DNA from: an uncultured cyanobacterium
GTDB taxonomy: Bacteria > Cyanobacteriota > Cyanobacteriia > Leptolyngbyales > Leptolyngbyaceae
Length of the DNA: 45,307 bases
Direction of reading: 5' to 3'
Assembly: GCA_963766075.1 (NCBI GenBank)
Contig: CAVYAN010000029.1
Span: 1 to 45,307 of the forward strand
Of the stretch, positions 1-10,126 are shown in pieces; within the stretch, counting starts at the first letter, position 1, and every line of letters begins with the position of its first letter. The notes under the pieces are model-generated. The model worked only from the letters and a program-made list of their open reading frames with translations. It had not been told where the DNA came from and did not search any database. Position numbers and translations under genes: made by a program.

Positions 1-2243
1 GAGTACCACTGCGGGCATCAATATGGGCGTGGAAGATGACATTGACTTCCGGATAAAACATCATGGCCGCGCCGGGGCGAATTTGGCCATAGATGATTTC
101 CACCTCTTCTAATTGGCCAGCATCCCCCTGAACCGTGACGCGCTGATGTTCGACAAAACCAGCGGTGGCAGCATCACTGGCATTCATTAAAATGCAATTC
201 CGGTGGGGCATGCCGCGATAGCGATCGCCCGATTGATAGACGACGGTGTTGTGCTGAGCGTAGCTGCGCCCCGTACCCAGAGCCAGCACAATCCCTTGGT
301 GAAAGTCCACACCAAAGTCATGGGCCGATGGAAGCTGTAAATGGGGCAACGGCGTCACAAACATGTGGGCTTTGCCAGAGGGCGTGGCAAACTTAGGCTC
401 GGTGAAAATGCGTCCGGCGATGGTGAATTCGGCATGGGTTGTGTCAATCTCGGCGATCGCCGCGTAGCCCGGAATTGTCTGGGCAATCAGTTGCCGCACA
501 TAGGCGGTATCCTGTAATTTGCGCCAGTTAACGGGTGTATCACCCTGTAGGCGATGGGCCAGTTCCGCCAAAAATTCCACCTCTGAAACAAGATCCGCCT
601 CCTTCAGATGGGTTTCGCCCGGTTCATTCAGTCGGACAAAGTTATTGCCAGATTCAACGGTAGTTTTGTGGGGATTTTCAAATCGGGTGAATACAGGAAT
701 GATGATTGTGTTAGCCTTGGCAAGTCCGTGAAAGTGTCCAACATTAGGCTTAGTGGCTATGTAGATGATAGTCTCAATATTACCCAAAGCCCGTTTTGCT
801 TGATTTAAATCGGGATTGGCAGCATAGAGATTTCCCCCCAGACACAGCAGCGTATCCACCTGGTGCGCATTCGCCGCATCAATCAGGGCGCGGGTATCAT
901 AGCCCGGAACTCGGCTGAGGGGCCGATCCAATAATTTTTCTAGGGCCGCCTGAATGTCTTGCCGCAGGTTCACCGTCACGCCCATGGAGCCAAAGCCCTG
1001 AACATTCGAGTGGCCGCGAATCGGCATCGTCCCGGCACCGGGTTTGCCCGCATTCCCGCTGAGCAGAGCCGTATTAGCAATGCTAAAAATATTGTCTACA
1101 CCATTGGCTTGTTGGGTGACACCCATGGCCCAGGCAAAGACAACAGCATTGGCATGACCGATGACTTCTGCCGCGACGAAAATTTCGGCTTGCGATACGC
1201 CACAGGTTTGCACAATCGTGTCCCAGTCCGTAGATTGGACTTGGTCTAAAACCGATTGCCAATTTTCAGTGTGGTGTTTGAGAAAGTCGATTCGGGCGAG
1301 ATTCTGTTCGATCAGCGCTTTCTGAATCCCAACAAAGAGGGCAACATCACTCCCCGGAATCGGTTGTAAATAGAGCGAGGAAATCTCGGAGCCACCGCTC
1401 AGCATGGATTTAATCGGATAGGCGGGCGAGGCAAACTTAACGAGCCCCACTTCCACACAGGGATTGATCACAATCACCTTGCCCCCGCGATCGCGCAATT
1501 GAATCAGTTCATTCAGCAAGCGGGGATGATTGGCGGGCGCATTGGAACCAATCAGCACCACACAGTCCGCTTGCTTTAAACCCTCCAAGCTAACCATAGA
1601 TGTGCCAGAACCAAACATTTGCTTGAGGCCGACGGTAGAGGCCGCATGACAAAGATCAGAACAATCTGCCAAATTATTGGAGCCTAAAGCGCGCAGCAGG
1701 AGTTGCAGGAGAAAGGCGGCTTCGTTGGACGATCGCCCCGAACTGTAGGAGGCTACTCGGGTCGGGGATTTTTGCAATGCAGCGGTGGCCAAGGCATACA
1801 CCTCCTCCCAGCTAATCCGTTCGTAGCAGATCGCAACCAGCCCGCCGAATCACGGGAAAACTCAGACGACCCAGGTTATTGGCCTGCTCGGAGGTGAGCT
1901 GTTGCAGGTCAGCCAGCGGCGTGTGGTCAAAAAAGTGCGGACGCAAGCCGGGTTGCAGCTCCGAGGCGATCGCTTCGACACTTTTAGCACACCGTTGCAA
2001 CACCTCACCGTCTTCGTTGACAAAGCCGCCTCGCTGCCCACCCGTCCCCCAGGCACAGGAGAGACAAGCACTTTTGTGCAACAGGGTTTTCCAGATTTTG
2101 GGACCGTCAACTGAAAGGGTGTGATTGGCCCAGTATTGCAGGACGGGAAGGCCACCCCCCACGGTCGGCAGATTGGGAGTCGGTGGATTGGGAGTCGGCG
2201 GATTGGAGATCGGTGGATTAGCGGATTGGGGTTCTGCACTCAT
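1..2243 (-). CDS. FdhF/YdeP-family molybdopterin oxidoreductase; 3' end lies outside the window; +1 frameshift near 1829
   Basis: N-terminal ORF has SACLSCAW and RCAKS. After one extra base the frame continues YERISWEEVY...YSSGRSSNEAAFLLQ...NNLADCSDLCHAAS...GSNAPANHPR, and near position 1 reads MMFYPEVNV...DARSGT. ATG at 2243. Confidence 0.85.
2170..2230. repeat. 15-bp tandem repeat (GATTGGGAGTCGGTG-like) encoding PPTPN repeats in the oxidoreductase N-terminus
   Basis: gattgggagtcggtg gattgggagtcggcg gattggagatcggtg. Confidence 0.8.
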
Positions 2244-2319
2244 GGCAAATCTCCAGCTCAACGGCACTGTAGAATGAAGAAGCTCAGCAGGGCAATTCAC
2301 GCAGAGAGCGTTCAAAGCC

Positions 2320-2946
2320 ATGGCCTACAGTCAATTTACCATTGAAAAAGTGAAGTCAGACTTGGGGGTGACGATTGCGGAAACCTTCGGCACGTTCTCC
2401 CAAATCCCAGCGGTTCAACCGAGTGTGTTTCTCTCTGAATTGTTAGAGAAATTTGTCCCGCTAGCTTTAGCAATTGATACAGAGAAAGCCCGCTCAGAGC
2501 TGATTGTAGCACCCGTACTTGTGGAATTACGAGAACAATTGGGCGATCGCATTAGTTTATTCTCGGGAAGAGATTTTAATGTCGATAGTGAAAGGGGCTT
2601 AGTCGGGCGATGCGATTTCCTGGTGAGCCACTCGGCGGAGCAATTGTTTATCGAAGCCCCAATTGTAGTGCTCGTAGAAGCTAAAAATGACAATATTTCC
2701 TCAGGTCTGGGGCAATGCATTGCCGCAATGGTCGCAGCACAACTGTTCAATCATCGTCAAGGGACACTGATCAAAACCATTTATGGCGTGGTGACTACCG
2801 GTACGAATTGGAAGTTTTTAAAGTTAAGTCACTCCGAGATCAAACTCGATCTCAAAGAATATTCTCTCAACGATATTGGTCAGCTTCTCGGCATTCTCCG
2901 CGCCTGCATTGAACCTTTTCCTCCCCATCCGCACCCCCTGCCATGA
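2320..2946 (+). CDS. Conserved cyanobacterial restriction-endonuclease-like (PD-(D/E)XK) hypothetical protein
   Basis: 208 aa with CDF...VEAK...GQC and YGVVTTGTNWKF motifs. Confidence 0.7.
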   Translation: MAYSQFTIEKVKSDLGVTIAETFGTFSQIPAVQPSVFLSELLEKFVPLALAIDTEKARSELIVAPVLVELREQLGDRISLFSGRDFNVDSERGLVGRCDFLVSHSAEQLFIEAPIVVLVEAKNDNISSGLGQCIAAMVAAQLFNHRQGTLIKTIYGVVTTGTNWKFLKLSHSEIKLDLKEYSLNDIGQLLGILRACIEPFPPHPHPLP

Positions 2947-3791
2947 CAGATTCTTTTTCAACGCCAAACCGTGAATGGTGGGCCCAGCGCTGGATTGATG
3001 TGTTGGAATCCTTTGGCTGGATGCGCCGCTTGGCTCGGGCGCGCATCTATGCTCGTGAAGGGCATGTCTTGAGCATGGAATATAAAGGGCCGAAGGTGTC
3101 GGCCTTGGTACAGGGCACTGCCCCCGAACCCTACCGCGTGTCCCTATCGCTGGATCCGTTTACGGATGAGCAGTGGGGCTATGTGATTGAGTCCATGGCG
3201 GAGCGGGCAATTTTTTCGGCCAAGCTATTGGCGGGGGAAATGCCCCAGGCGATTGAGGAAGTGTTTACCGGGAATGGCCTCAGTCTCTTTCCGTTCACAA
3301 AGTTTGATATTCACAGTCGCTGCTCGTGCCCCGATCCGGCTAATCCCTGTAAACACATTGGGGCGGTATATTACGTGCTGGGCGATCGCTTCAGTGAAGA
3401 TCCCTTTGTCCTGTTCCAGTTGCGAGGACGTACCAAGGCCCAAATTATTGAGGCTCTGCGCCACATTCGTGGCACCCAAGGGGAAGGGGCGGCGATCGCC
3501 GCTCCCGATCCCAGTCAACCCGCTCCCGATCTCCAGCACCTCGATCTGCATCAGTTTTGGCAGTATTCAGACCAACTTGAGTCCTCCCTGGTGGTGATAT
3601 CGCCCGCTCCCAGTAGTGAAACCGTGCTGGATGTCCTGGGCGCAATTCCGTTTAAGCTGCCTGCTGGCAGCAGTCCCCTGGAAGCCCAGGCCATGACCCA
3701 AGCCACCATGGAATACTTGAAAACGATTTATCAACAGGCGAGCCAGCAGGCGATCGCCGCTGCCATGAACCTTCCCGCGCAGGAGTCCTAG
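2943..3791 (+). CDS. SWIM zinc-finger protein
   Basis: CSCPDPANPCKHIGAV SWIM motif; DPFVLFQLRG. Confidence 0.9.
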   Translation: MTDSFSTPNREWWAQRWIDVLESFGWMRRLARARIYAREGHVLSMEYKGPKVSALVQGTAPEPYRVSLSLDPFTDEQWGYVIESMAERAIFSAKLLAGEMPQAIEEVFTGNGLSLFPFTKFDIHSRCSCPDPANPCKHIGAVYYVLGDRFSEDPFVLFQLRGRTKAQIIEALRHIRGTQGEGAAIAAPDPSQPAPDLQHLDLHQFWQYSDQLESSLVVISPAPSSETVLDVLGAIPFKLPAGSSPLEAQAMTQATMEYLKTIYQQASQQAIAAAMNLPAQES

Positions 3792-3799
3792 CCCCACCC

Positions 3800-4462
3800 T
3801 CAAGCATCCACCCGTTGAAATCCCCGATAGGCGATCACCGCATAAAATGGATCCCCACCGCCCATACCCAGCATTTGCAGAAAGCTCGGCACCTGTGCCG
3901 TCCGGATCACCGTTTCCGGCTCCGTGAACCCGGGGACAGCCCGAAAATAGCCCTTCACCAATTCCACACGACTTAACTCCGTCCCCTCTCGCCAAACTTG
4001 AATCGCCTTGTGATAAAACATCCGATTAGAGAAGCTAAAAATCGCCACCCCACCGGGTCGCAAAATTCGATAGACCTCCGAAAAAATCGCTTCGGGATAT
4101 TCTAGATACTGCACCGATACCGTATTGAGCACAGCATCCACAGATTGATCAGCCAGCGGGAGCTTCGGATCTTCGTTGAGGTTTTGGACAATGTAGTGAT
4201 GCAAGCGGGGATTACGAGCCAGTTCTTCCCCATTCATGCCGTGGCCTTCGACATGGGCAAATTCCAGGTCTTCGGGCAAATGGGATACCCAACTGCTCAT
4301 CAGGTCAAAGATGCGAGTCTGGGGCCGCAGTCGCTGTCGGTATAAATCCGTGAGCTGCTGGATAAAGCCATCGTCCACATGGGTGACAAACCGGGGCGCT
4401 GCATAGAACAGCGTGTCACTGGTCGGATCCAGCTTGGTGCGTTGGTTGGGGCGAAGGAGCAT
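3800..4462 (-). CDS. Class I SAM-dependent methyltransferase (type 11-like)
   Basis: PRFVTHVDD, DLMSSWVSHLP, RILRPGG, FSNRMF; likely ATG at 4462. Confidence 0.85.
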   Translation of the reverse strand: MLLRPNQRTKLDPTSDTLFYAAPRFVTHVDDGFIQQLTDLYRQRLRPQTRIFDLMSSWVSHLPEDLEFAHVEGHGMNGEELARNPRLHHYIVQNLNEDPKLPLADQSVDAVLNTVSVQYLEYPEAIFSEVYRILRPGGVAIFSFSNRMFYHKAIQVWREGTELSRVELVKGYFRAVPGFTEPETVIRTAQVPSFLQMLGMGGGDPFYAVIAYRGFQRVDA

Positions 4463-4814
4463 AGAGAAACGGTGGAAAGAGGAAACTCGAGACGCTGCCA
4501 TCGCGAGCATGATGGCATCTGTGAGCCATAATGGCATTAATCAGGATTAAAGCCCAGTCAAATCGCAGCGATGGCGCTGCGGGATCTGATGGCCCCATCG
4601 GAACGATCCGGAACAAGACGGGGCCGGGGTGAATCTTAACGTAGGAAACTTGATGGGGACAGCGGGCAGACAAGAACCGAGTAGGCCCGCAAAATGGCGA
4701 TGGCCGTGCTCAGTGACCCCACTCAGTTTTCTCGGGTTTGAGTTTCCCCAGGCTTGAGTTGCCTTGGGCTGAATTCTGGCGATTTTCACGGGTTGTGTGT
4801 GGGTAGGATTGCTT

Positions 4815-5636
4815 ATGGTCATCAGGTTGAGGCAACGGCTGGGTTCGGCAGTAGGCATTGTGGGCTGTTTGAGTGCGGTGGGTATGGGTCTGTCAACTGC
4901 TATGCCCGTGGCGATCGCCGGGTCCGCCAGCGTGCCCCTCAGCCAAACGAACGCCGCCGCAGCACCAAGCGCGATCGCCCCACCCTTCACCGCCCTATCG
5001 CGATTGTCGGGCTTTTCTGCGGATGGCCGTCACTATATTCATTTAGAAAGTTCACGCGATACGGGAGCCGGAGTGCCCACATCACGCTTGCAAGTTGTGG
5101 ACATGACAAGCAATCGCTGTGCGCCACAGGGCTGCGACGAAACGCGCTATGGCGAAGCCCAGGCCGGGTTGAGTCTAGCCCAGACGGAGTTGGAACTGTT
5201 ACAGAAAACCTGGGCTTTACGCCAGTCCTTACAACTGGCGATTCCCCAGGCGGGCAAAACCCTGCCCGTGCTGTCGCGATCGCGGGATCCCCTGGGCACT
5301 GAGATTGTGACAGTGCAAAAGGCAGGACAGGCAAAACCCATGGAGTTGCGGCTGCATCAACTCCACCCAGCAGCCCCCGGCCCAGCAGCCCCCTCAGGGC
5401 CAAATGAAGCGGCAGTTTTGCAGGATGGGTCGGTGTTATCCCTAGAACTGTTGCATGATGGGCAGTGGCAACAGGTGAGTGTGATCCAGCGCTTTCAGCA
5501 GGACGGGCTAGAGTATTCAATTCGCGAGGTGAAACTGTCCCCTCAGGGCGATCGGCTGGCCGTGCTCCTGACTGTGACTCTGACAACCTTTGAAGGCACT
5601 CTCACCACCACTCTGGTGCAGGGGTTTCAACTGTAA
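4815..5636 (+). CDS. Secreted hypothetical protein (DUF2259-like)
   Basis: Signal-peptide-like N-terminus; GFSADGRHY...DTGAGVP motif; start uncertain (4797 or 4815). Confidence 0.6.
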   Translation: MVIRLRQRLGSAVGIVGCLSAVGMGLSTAMPVAIAGSASVPLSQTNAAAAPSAIAPPFTALSRLSGFSADGRHYIHLESSRDTGAGVPTSRLQVVDMTSNRCAPQGCDETRYGEAQAGLSLAQTELELLQKTWALRQSLQLAIPQAGKTLPVLSRSRDPLGTEIVTVQKAGQAKPMELRLHQLHPAAPGPAAPSGPNEAAVLQDGSVLSLELLHDGQWQQVSVIQRFQQDGLEYSIREVKLSPQGDRLAVLLTVTLTTFEGTLTTTLVQGFQL

Positions 5637-5748
5637 ATTCACCTGTAACACCTATAATTTCACCTCTCATAATTTCACCTCTCATAATCGTCCGGGCGGG
5701 TGTGAGACAAGACAACTGTTAAACGACTGTTAGACAACTGTTAGACAA
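5635..5748. repeat. Short intergenic tandem repeats (AATTTCACCTCTCAT; GACAACTGTTA)
   Basis: Imperfect direct repeats visible between two convergent genes. Confidence 0.65.
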
Positions 5749-5780
5749 AAAACTAGAGCCGTGAAACCTCACGCCTCTAG
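5747..5780 (-). terminator. Rho-independent terminator of the 5866-6240 gene
   Basis: Minus strand CTAGAGGCGTGA-GGTT-TCACGGCTCTAG followed by T6. Confidence 0.65.
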
Positions 5781-5865
5781 GTAGGACTCTTCCTATCGAC
5801 AATCGAACAGAAATTTAGACAGATTGGAGAGGGCAACGCCTCCCGACTAACACCTTTGTTGCCGA

Positions 5866-6240
5866 TTAATGCTGGACATCGCAGGTCAAGGGGCAGGACG
5901 CATAAACAGACGTGTGGTTAGGGTTGGCCTCTCCGTGCAGCCAGCGTAACCAATCAACCTCTTCGGGATGGATGCCATTCAAGGTGAGGGCCGCAGCCCC
6001 GATCATAATGGCCGCAATATTAATGCCAAACAGCCCCCCTGCTACCACCAAAACAGCACTCACAGGCATAATAGATTGCAGGCTAATCGCGAGCAAAGAT
6101 CCCACAGTAACCATTAGGATAACTAAGGGAAATCCAACGATTAATAGGCACACCGCTAAGGTAAATGTCCAAACCAGAAAACTCTTTAACATTAACCAGT
6201 AATACACCGTTCTGTAGCTTTCGCTGTGTGATAATGCCAT
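5866..6240 (-). CDS. Conserved cyanobacterial membrane protein
   Basis: 124 aa, hydrophobic helices, C-terminal VYASCPLTC; ATG at 6240 behind AGGAAAGG. Confidence 0.75.
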   Translation of the reverse strand: MALSHSESYRTVYYWLMLKSFLVWTFTLAVCLLIVGFPLVILMVTVGSLLAISLQSIMPVSAVLVVAGGLFGINIAAIMIGAAALTLNGIHPEEVDWLRWLHGEANPNHTSVYASCPLTCDVQH

Positions 6241-6787
6241 GCCCTTTCCTCCTGTAAAATTAAGAGAACTGTAGTGCGTTAACCGCTCAAACAATGGACG
6301 TTGGAGAAATACTTAATAGCGATCCCCAGCCTGGGATCATCTGTGAGTTCTTAGTATAGATAACCTCATCCCGGAAAATGAGAGTTTTCTAAAAAGTTTA
6401 TGTTTATAGTCATTTGTTCATCTAATCTCCGAACTTCTTATCTTGATTAAGGATTGAAAACACAGGAATCGAAGGCAAGCAGACTCCTATCCCTACGGGT
6501 GAAGCCCACAAAATCAATCGGTTCAGCCCATGGCAAAACATAAGGCTTCTTAAACCCATCAATTTCCCCACGGATCCTAGGGAACTGCCAATCCATTAAT
6601 TCCTAGTTCTAGAAATAGATTCGCTTAATATTTCTTGGTATTCAGCCGTGGCATTCTCATCCCAGTAGTACTGAGCTTCTAATCTGCGGAGTAGGCAATG
6701 TCTACGAGGCTCCAGCACGAAGCGATCAAACCGTGGAAGGATCACACCGTAGAAAGATTGTCGGCCTGCCGAACAGATGAAAAGTAA

Positions 6788-7336
6788 GGCCATTTCCAGA
6801 AAAAAGATTACCGAATTGAGTAGGATAGTTCAAACGTTTCAATCGGTCGGCGAGCCCAAACATGGAGAATTCAGCCCCACCATCACTCACCGCCTGTCAG
6901 ATCAACGATCTGCGTCTAGCAGCATCCAAAATGGATCTCGTGGCTCGCCGCCGCTTTCAAGCCGAAATGACACTGAAGTACTGTAATAGTCAGGCCCGCC
7001 TAGCCGAATCCCGCTTTGGCTGGGGCCGTGCCAGCGTGGAACTGGGCTTAGCCGAGCAGCGGAGTGGGATTCGTTGTATCGGTCGCCAATCGGGTTATTC
7101 CGGAGCAAAACGGTGGGAAGATAAGTACCCGGCTGCTTCGGCCACCTTAGGTCTTCTGGCCGAAGCTCAATCCCAACAAGATCCAACATTTCACAGTTCT
7201 ATTGCCCATACGCTATTGCCCATACGCGCTTGACCACGAAATTAGCCCTGCAGGCGCTGCGTGAGGCCGGGGTTGATGGAGCGATTCTGCCCTCAGAAAA
7301 TGGGATGGGCTTGATTTTGAATCGAATGGGCTACCG
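6788..7336 (+). pseudogene. ISAzo13-family transposase, 5' remnant (frameshifted, truncated by IS1)
   Basis: ORF from 6862 (AASKM...RRRFQAEMTLKYC...FGWGR...QQDPTF). A 14-bp tandem duplication TATTGCCCATACGC at 7200-7227 shifts the frame. The continuation TRLTTK...LNRMGYR stops at the IS1 end. Left boundary approximate. Confidence 0.75.
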
Positions 7337-7367
7337 GATAGTGTTCTAGACATGGGGATTGATGCAG

Positions 7368-7563
7368 TCAAACTGCTCGTCCAAACTCATAGCGATTGAT
7401 GAACAAACCAATCATGATGTCGTGCAGCCATTCAGATTTGGAGAAGCAGATCGTTTTGCGAGCTAATTGCTTAATTCGGGTTCGTAACGTTAAGTGTTTG
7501 CGCTCGATTTTTTGGGTATTCCACTTGCCAACGACGTGCTGGTCTTCATCCAACAAACGAGCC
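7368..7563 (-). pseudogene. insB: IS1 InsB C-terminal fragment
   Basis: NTQKIERKHLTLRTRIKQLARKTICFSKS motif. Confidence 0.9.
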
Positions 7564-7565
7564 TA

Positions 7566-8770
7566 TTGGCTTGACAGGACTAAAATTGTGGGTAAAGATG
7601 ATGCAGTTTAATTCGAGCGTCTGCGGTCGTAAATTGCCATTTAACTTTAGCGTGTTCTTGATTACGTTCTTTTTGCCAAGCGGCCAGCTCAGTTTTCAGC
7701 AGATCGGCTCGACTGATGCGGCGATCTAAGCATTGTTGTGACAGTACACTCAATTCAGTTTCAGCAATGTTGAGCCAACTGCCATTGCGAGGCGTATGAT
7801 GAATCGTTAATCTTCTCGCTAACCGGTGAGCGGTTTCTGCCGGAAAAGCATGATATAAGGAGCCGATATGATGGGTATTCAAGTTATCACAAACTAATTT
7901 AACCCTTGGAGCATCGGGATAATCTTCATCGAGTAATTGTTTGATTTCTTCTGCCCAATCTAAGCGAGTTCTCTGAGGACGACTACTCACTCTCCTCCAT
8001 CCTTTAATTGGATCGACAAACATAAATATTGCGGCGACACCGTTTCGCTCATAGTGATAATCTTCTTTCTTCGCCTGTCCCGGTTTAGCCGGAATGCTGG
8101 GATAGAGATCCCCGGTCAGTTCAATGGATGCTTCATCCATACAAATCAAGGGTATATTCGGCTCTGGTGGGGCACTATAGACATCTAGAACATTCTCCAT
8201 TTGTGCGATAAATCGCGGTAAATCTTCTTCAGGTATACAGAATCTTTCTGTTTTCCAAGGTTGCAATTCAATTTGATTTAAGGTGTTTCTTACCGTTTCT
8301 CTGCTGATCGATATGACGATCTTTCGCGACACCAACTCTTTCGCCAGGAGTTGAATTGTCCAGCGCACTCTTCCGAGTGGTGGGTCACTGCAACAAATTG
8401 CAATTAAATGAGCTTCTTGTTTACCATCCAGCTTGGGTGGGGTCGGTGAACCTTCTCTCGGCTTCCGTTGTAAGGCTGGCTGGATTCCTTCCAGGACGAA
8501 CTTTTTTCTGATCCCTGCAACAGTATTGATGTGCATATTCAATGCTTGGCTAATATTTTCATCCCTCCATCTTCCTTCTACAGCGTTATCATCCGACATT
8601 AACAAGACTTGAGCATGATTCACTTGTTTTGCGGCTTTTGTCCCATTTTTGCTGATTTCTATCAGTTCTTGGCGTTGCTCTTTGCTCAGGTTTATCCGAT
8701 ACTTCAAATGCGGATTACTCATTGTTTTAGTTGACAACTTTTACCCACAATTTTAGTCCTGTCAAGCCAC
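7566..8770 (-). mobile_element. IS630-family element, 1205 bp
   Basis: Perfect 30-bp IR at 7567-7596 and 8740-8769; flanking TA at 7564-7565 and 8771-8772. Confidence 0.92.
7580..8722 (-). CDS. IS630-family transposase (intact single ORF)
   Basis: HTH N-terminus; DDE motifs CMDEA, VCDNLNTH, SWLNIAE. Confidence 0.92.
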   Translation of the reverse strand: MSNPHLKYRINLSKEQRQELIEISKNGTKAAKQVNHAQVLLMSDDNAVEGRWRDENISQALNMHINTVAGIRKKFVLEGIQPALQRKPREGSPTPPKLDGKQEAHLIAICCSDPPLGRVRWTIQLLAKELVSRKIVISISRETVRNTLNQIELQPWKTERFCIPEEDLPRFIAQMENVLDVYSAPPEPNIPLICMDEASIELTGDLYPSIPAKPGQAKKEDYHYERNGVAAIFMFVDPIKGWRRVSSRPQRTRLDWAEEIKQLLDEDYPDAPRVKLVCDNLNTHHIGSLYHAFPAETAHRLARRLTIHHTPRNGSWLNIAETELSVLSQQCLDRRISRADLLKTELAAWQKERNQEHAKVKWQFTTADARIKLHHLYPQF

Positions 8771-8897
8771 TATGCTCCCCAGCCTAAGAGGATGTCTGAA
8801 AAGCCCAGGTATAGCGAAGGAAGGGAAAAAGAAGCCCTCATTCCGTAAACTGTCAGAAGAAAGAAACCTTGACAGAAGAATGAGAGCCATGAACCTA

Positions 8898-10116
8898 GGG
8901 AGCATCTCACCTTTGCAATGAGCATAAATGCTTAGTGATAATTTCATCGAAATACGACAAAATTGAGTCACTGATTTGAGGCTTTGCCGCCATGACGCCT
9001 GAAGAATTACAAAAAATAGAATACCATGCCAACCAAATTGCCCAAATTCTCTATTCTGATACGGATCCGAAAGTGATTCAGACCTTGGGGGATATTGAAA
9101 CTACCGTTCGTCAGCAAATCCTGCAGCATGTCAGCCCTCCTATCGGTGTTTTTTTGTCAAAAATGCCACCGAAATCGAAACGGGAAGAAAGCGAAACATC
9201 AAAACAACAATCGGGAATCTTGAAATCACGGAACGTCAAGCCCAACACCTCAATGTAAAACCCTATACTCAAATCAGTGAGCACTTAGAAAACTGCTGTC
9301 TACTCGTGAGTGCAAATAGCTCTTATGCACGTTCACAAGAAGATTTAGCAATTCTAATGGGAATAGATATTTCTCATAGTACTCATCATAGATTAGTGCA
9401 TCGTCAGGAATTTAAGGGAATCATTTCTGAAACCACTATTGAATCAATGAGTTTAGATGGCGGAAAAGCTAGAATCCGCACCCCCAAGGGTGAAGTGTCT
9501 ATTTACAAAGATTACAAAGCCGTGGTTTTAGAAGGTCAAGGGATCGGGGGATATTTCCAAAAAAATGAGGCGTTGATTGATTGGGTCAATAGCCAACCCT
9601 TAGCCACCACGGTTTCCTGTTTAGGCGATGGGCATGATGGGATTTGGAATGTATTTCGTGCGGTGGCGGTTCCAGAACAGCGGCGTGAAATTCTGGATTG
9701 GTACCATTTGGTCGAGAATTTGCAAAAAGTGGGTGGCTCGAACAATCGCTTAAATCAGGTGGAAGCCTTGTTATGGACTGGCAAAGTCGAGGCGGCGATG
9801 GCGCTGTTCTCCGATTGCACTCTTGATACCGTGCCCAATTTCATCACCTATCTGACCAAGCATCGGCATCGGATTCCGAATTATGACTATTTACAGTCAG
9901 AAGGATTCACCATTGGCTCGGGTGGCGTGGAATCTGGAATTAAACAAATTAGTCGCCGGGTGAAAATTTCAGGAGCACAATGGGAGGCGAAGAATGTCGA
10001 TCAAGTCGTAAAACATCGGTGTGCCTACCTAAATGGTCAATTTTCAACGCATTTTCAGCTTTCCAGGGCGATATAATCACAAGTATTTCTACTCATCGCA
10101 AAGGTGAGATGCTCCC
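8898..10116 (+). mobile_element. ISKra4-like element, 1219 bp
   Basis: IRs GGGAGCATCTCACCTTTGC(A/G)ATGAG; 8-bp duplication TGAACCTA at 8890-8897 and 10117-10124. Confidence 0.9.
8992..10076 (+). CDS. ISKra4-like transposase in two frames (probable programmed -1 frameshift at the T7 run near 9149-9155)
   Basis: ORFs 8992-9258 and 9306-10076; SLDGG, LGDG, LDWYH and GSGGVES motifs. Confidence 0.82.
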
Positions 10117-10126
10117 TGAACCTATC

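Noticed and set aside
519..2124. Several short plus-strand ORFs
   Set aside because: Antisense shadows of the minus-strand molybdopterin oxidoreductase.
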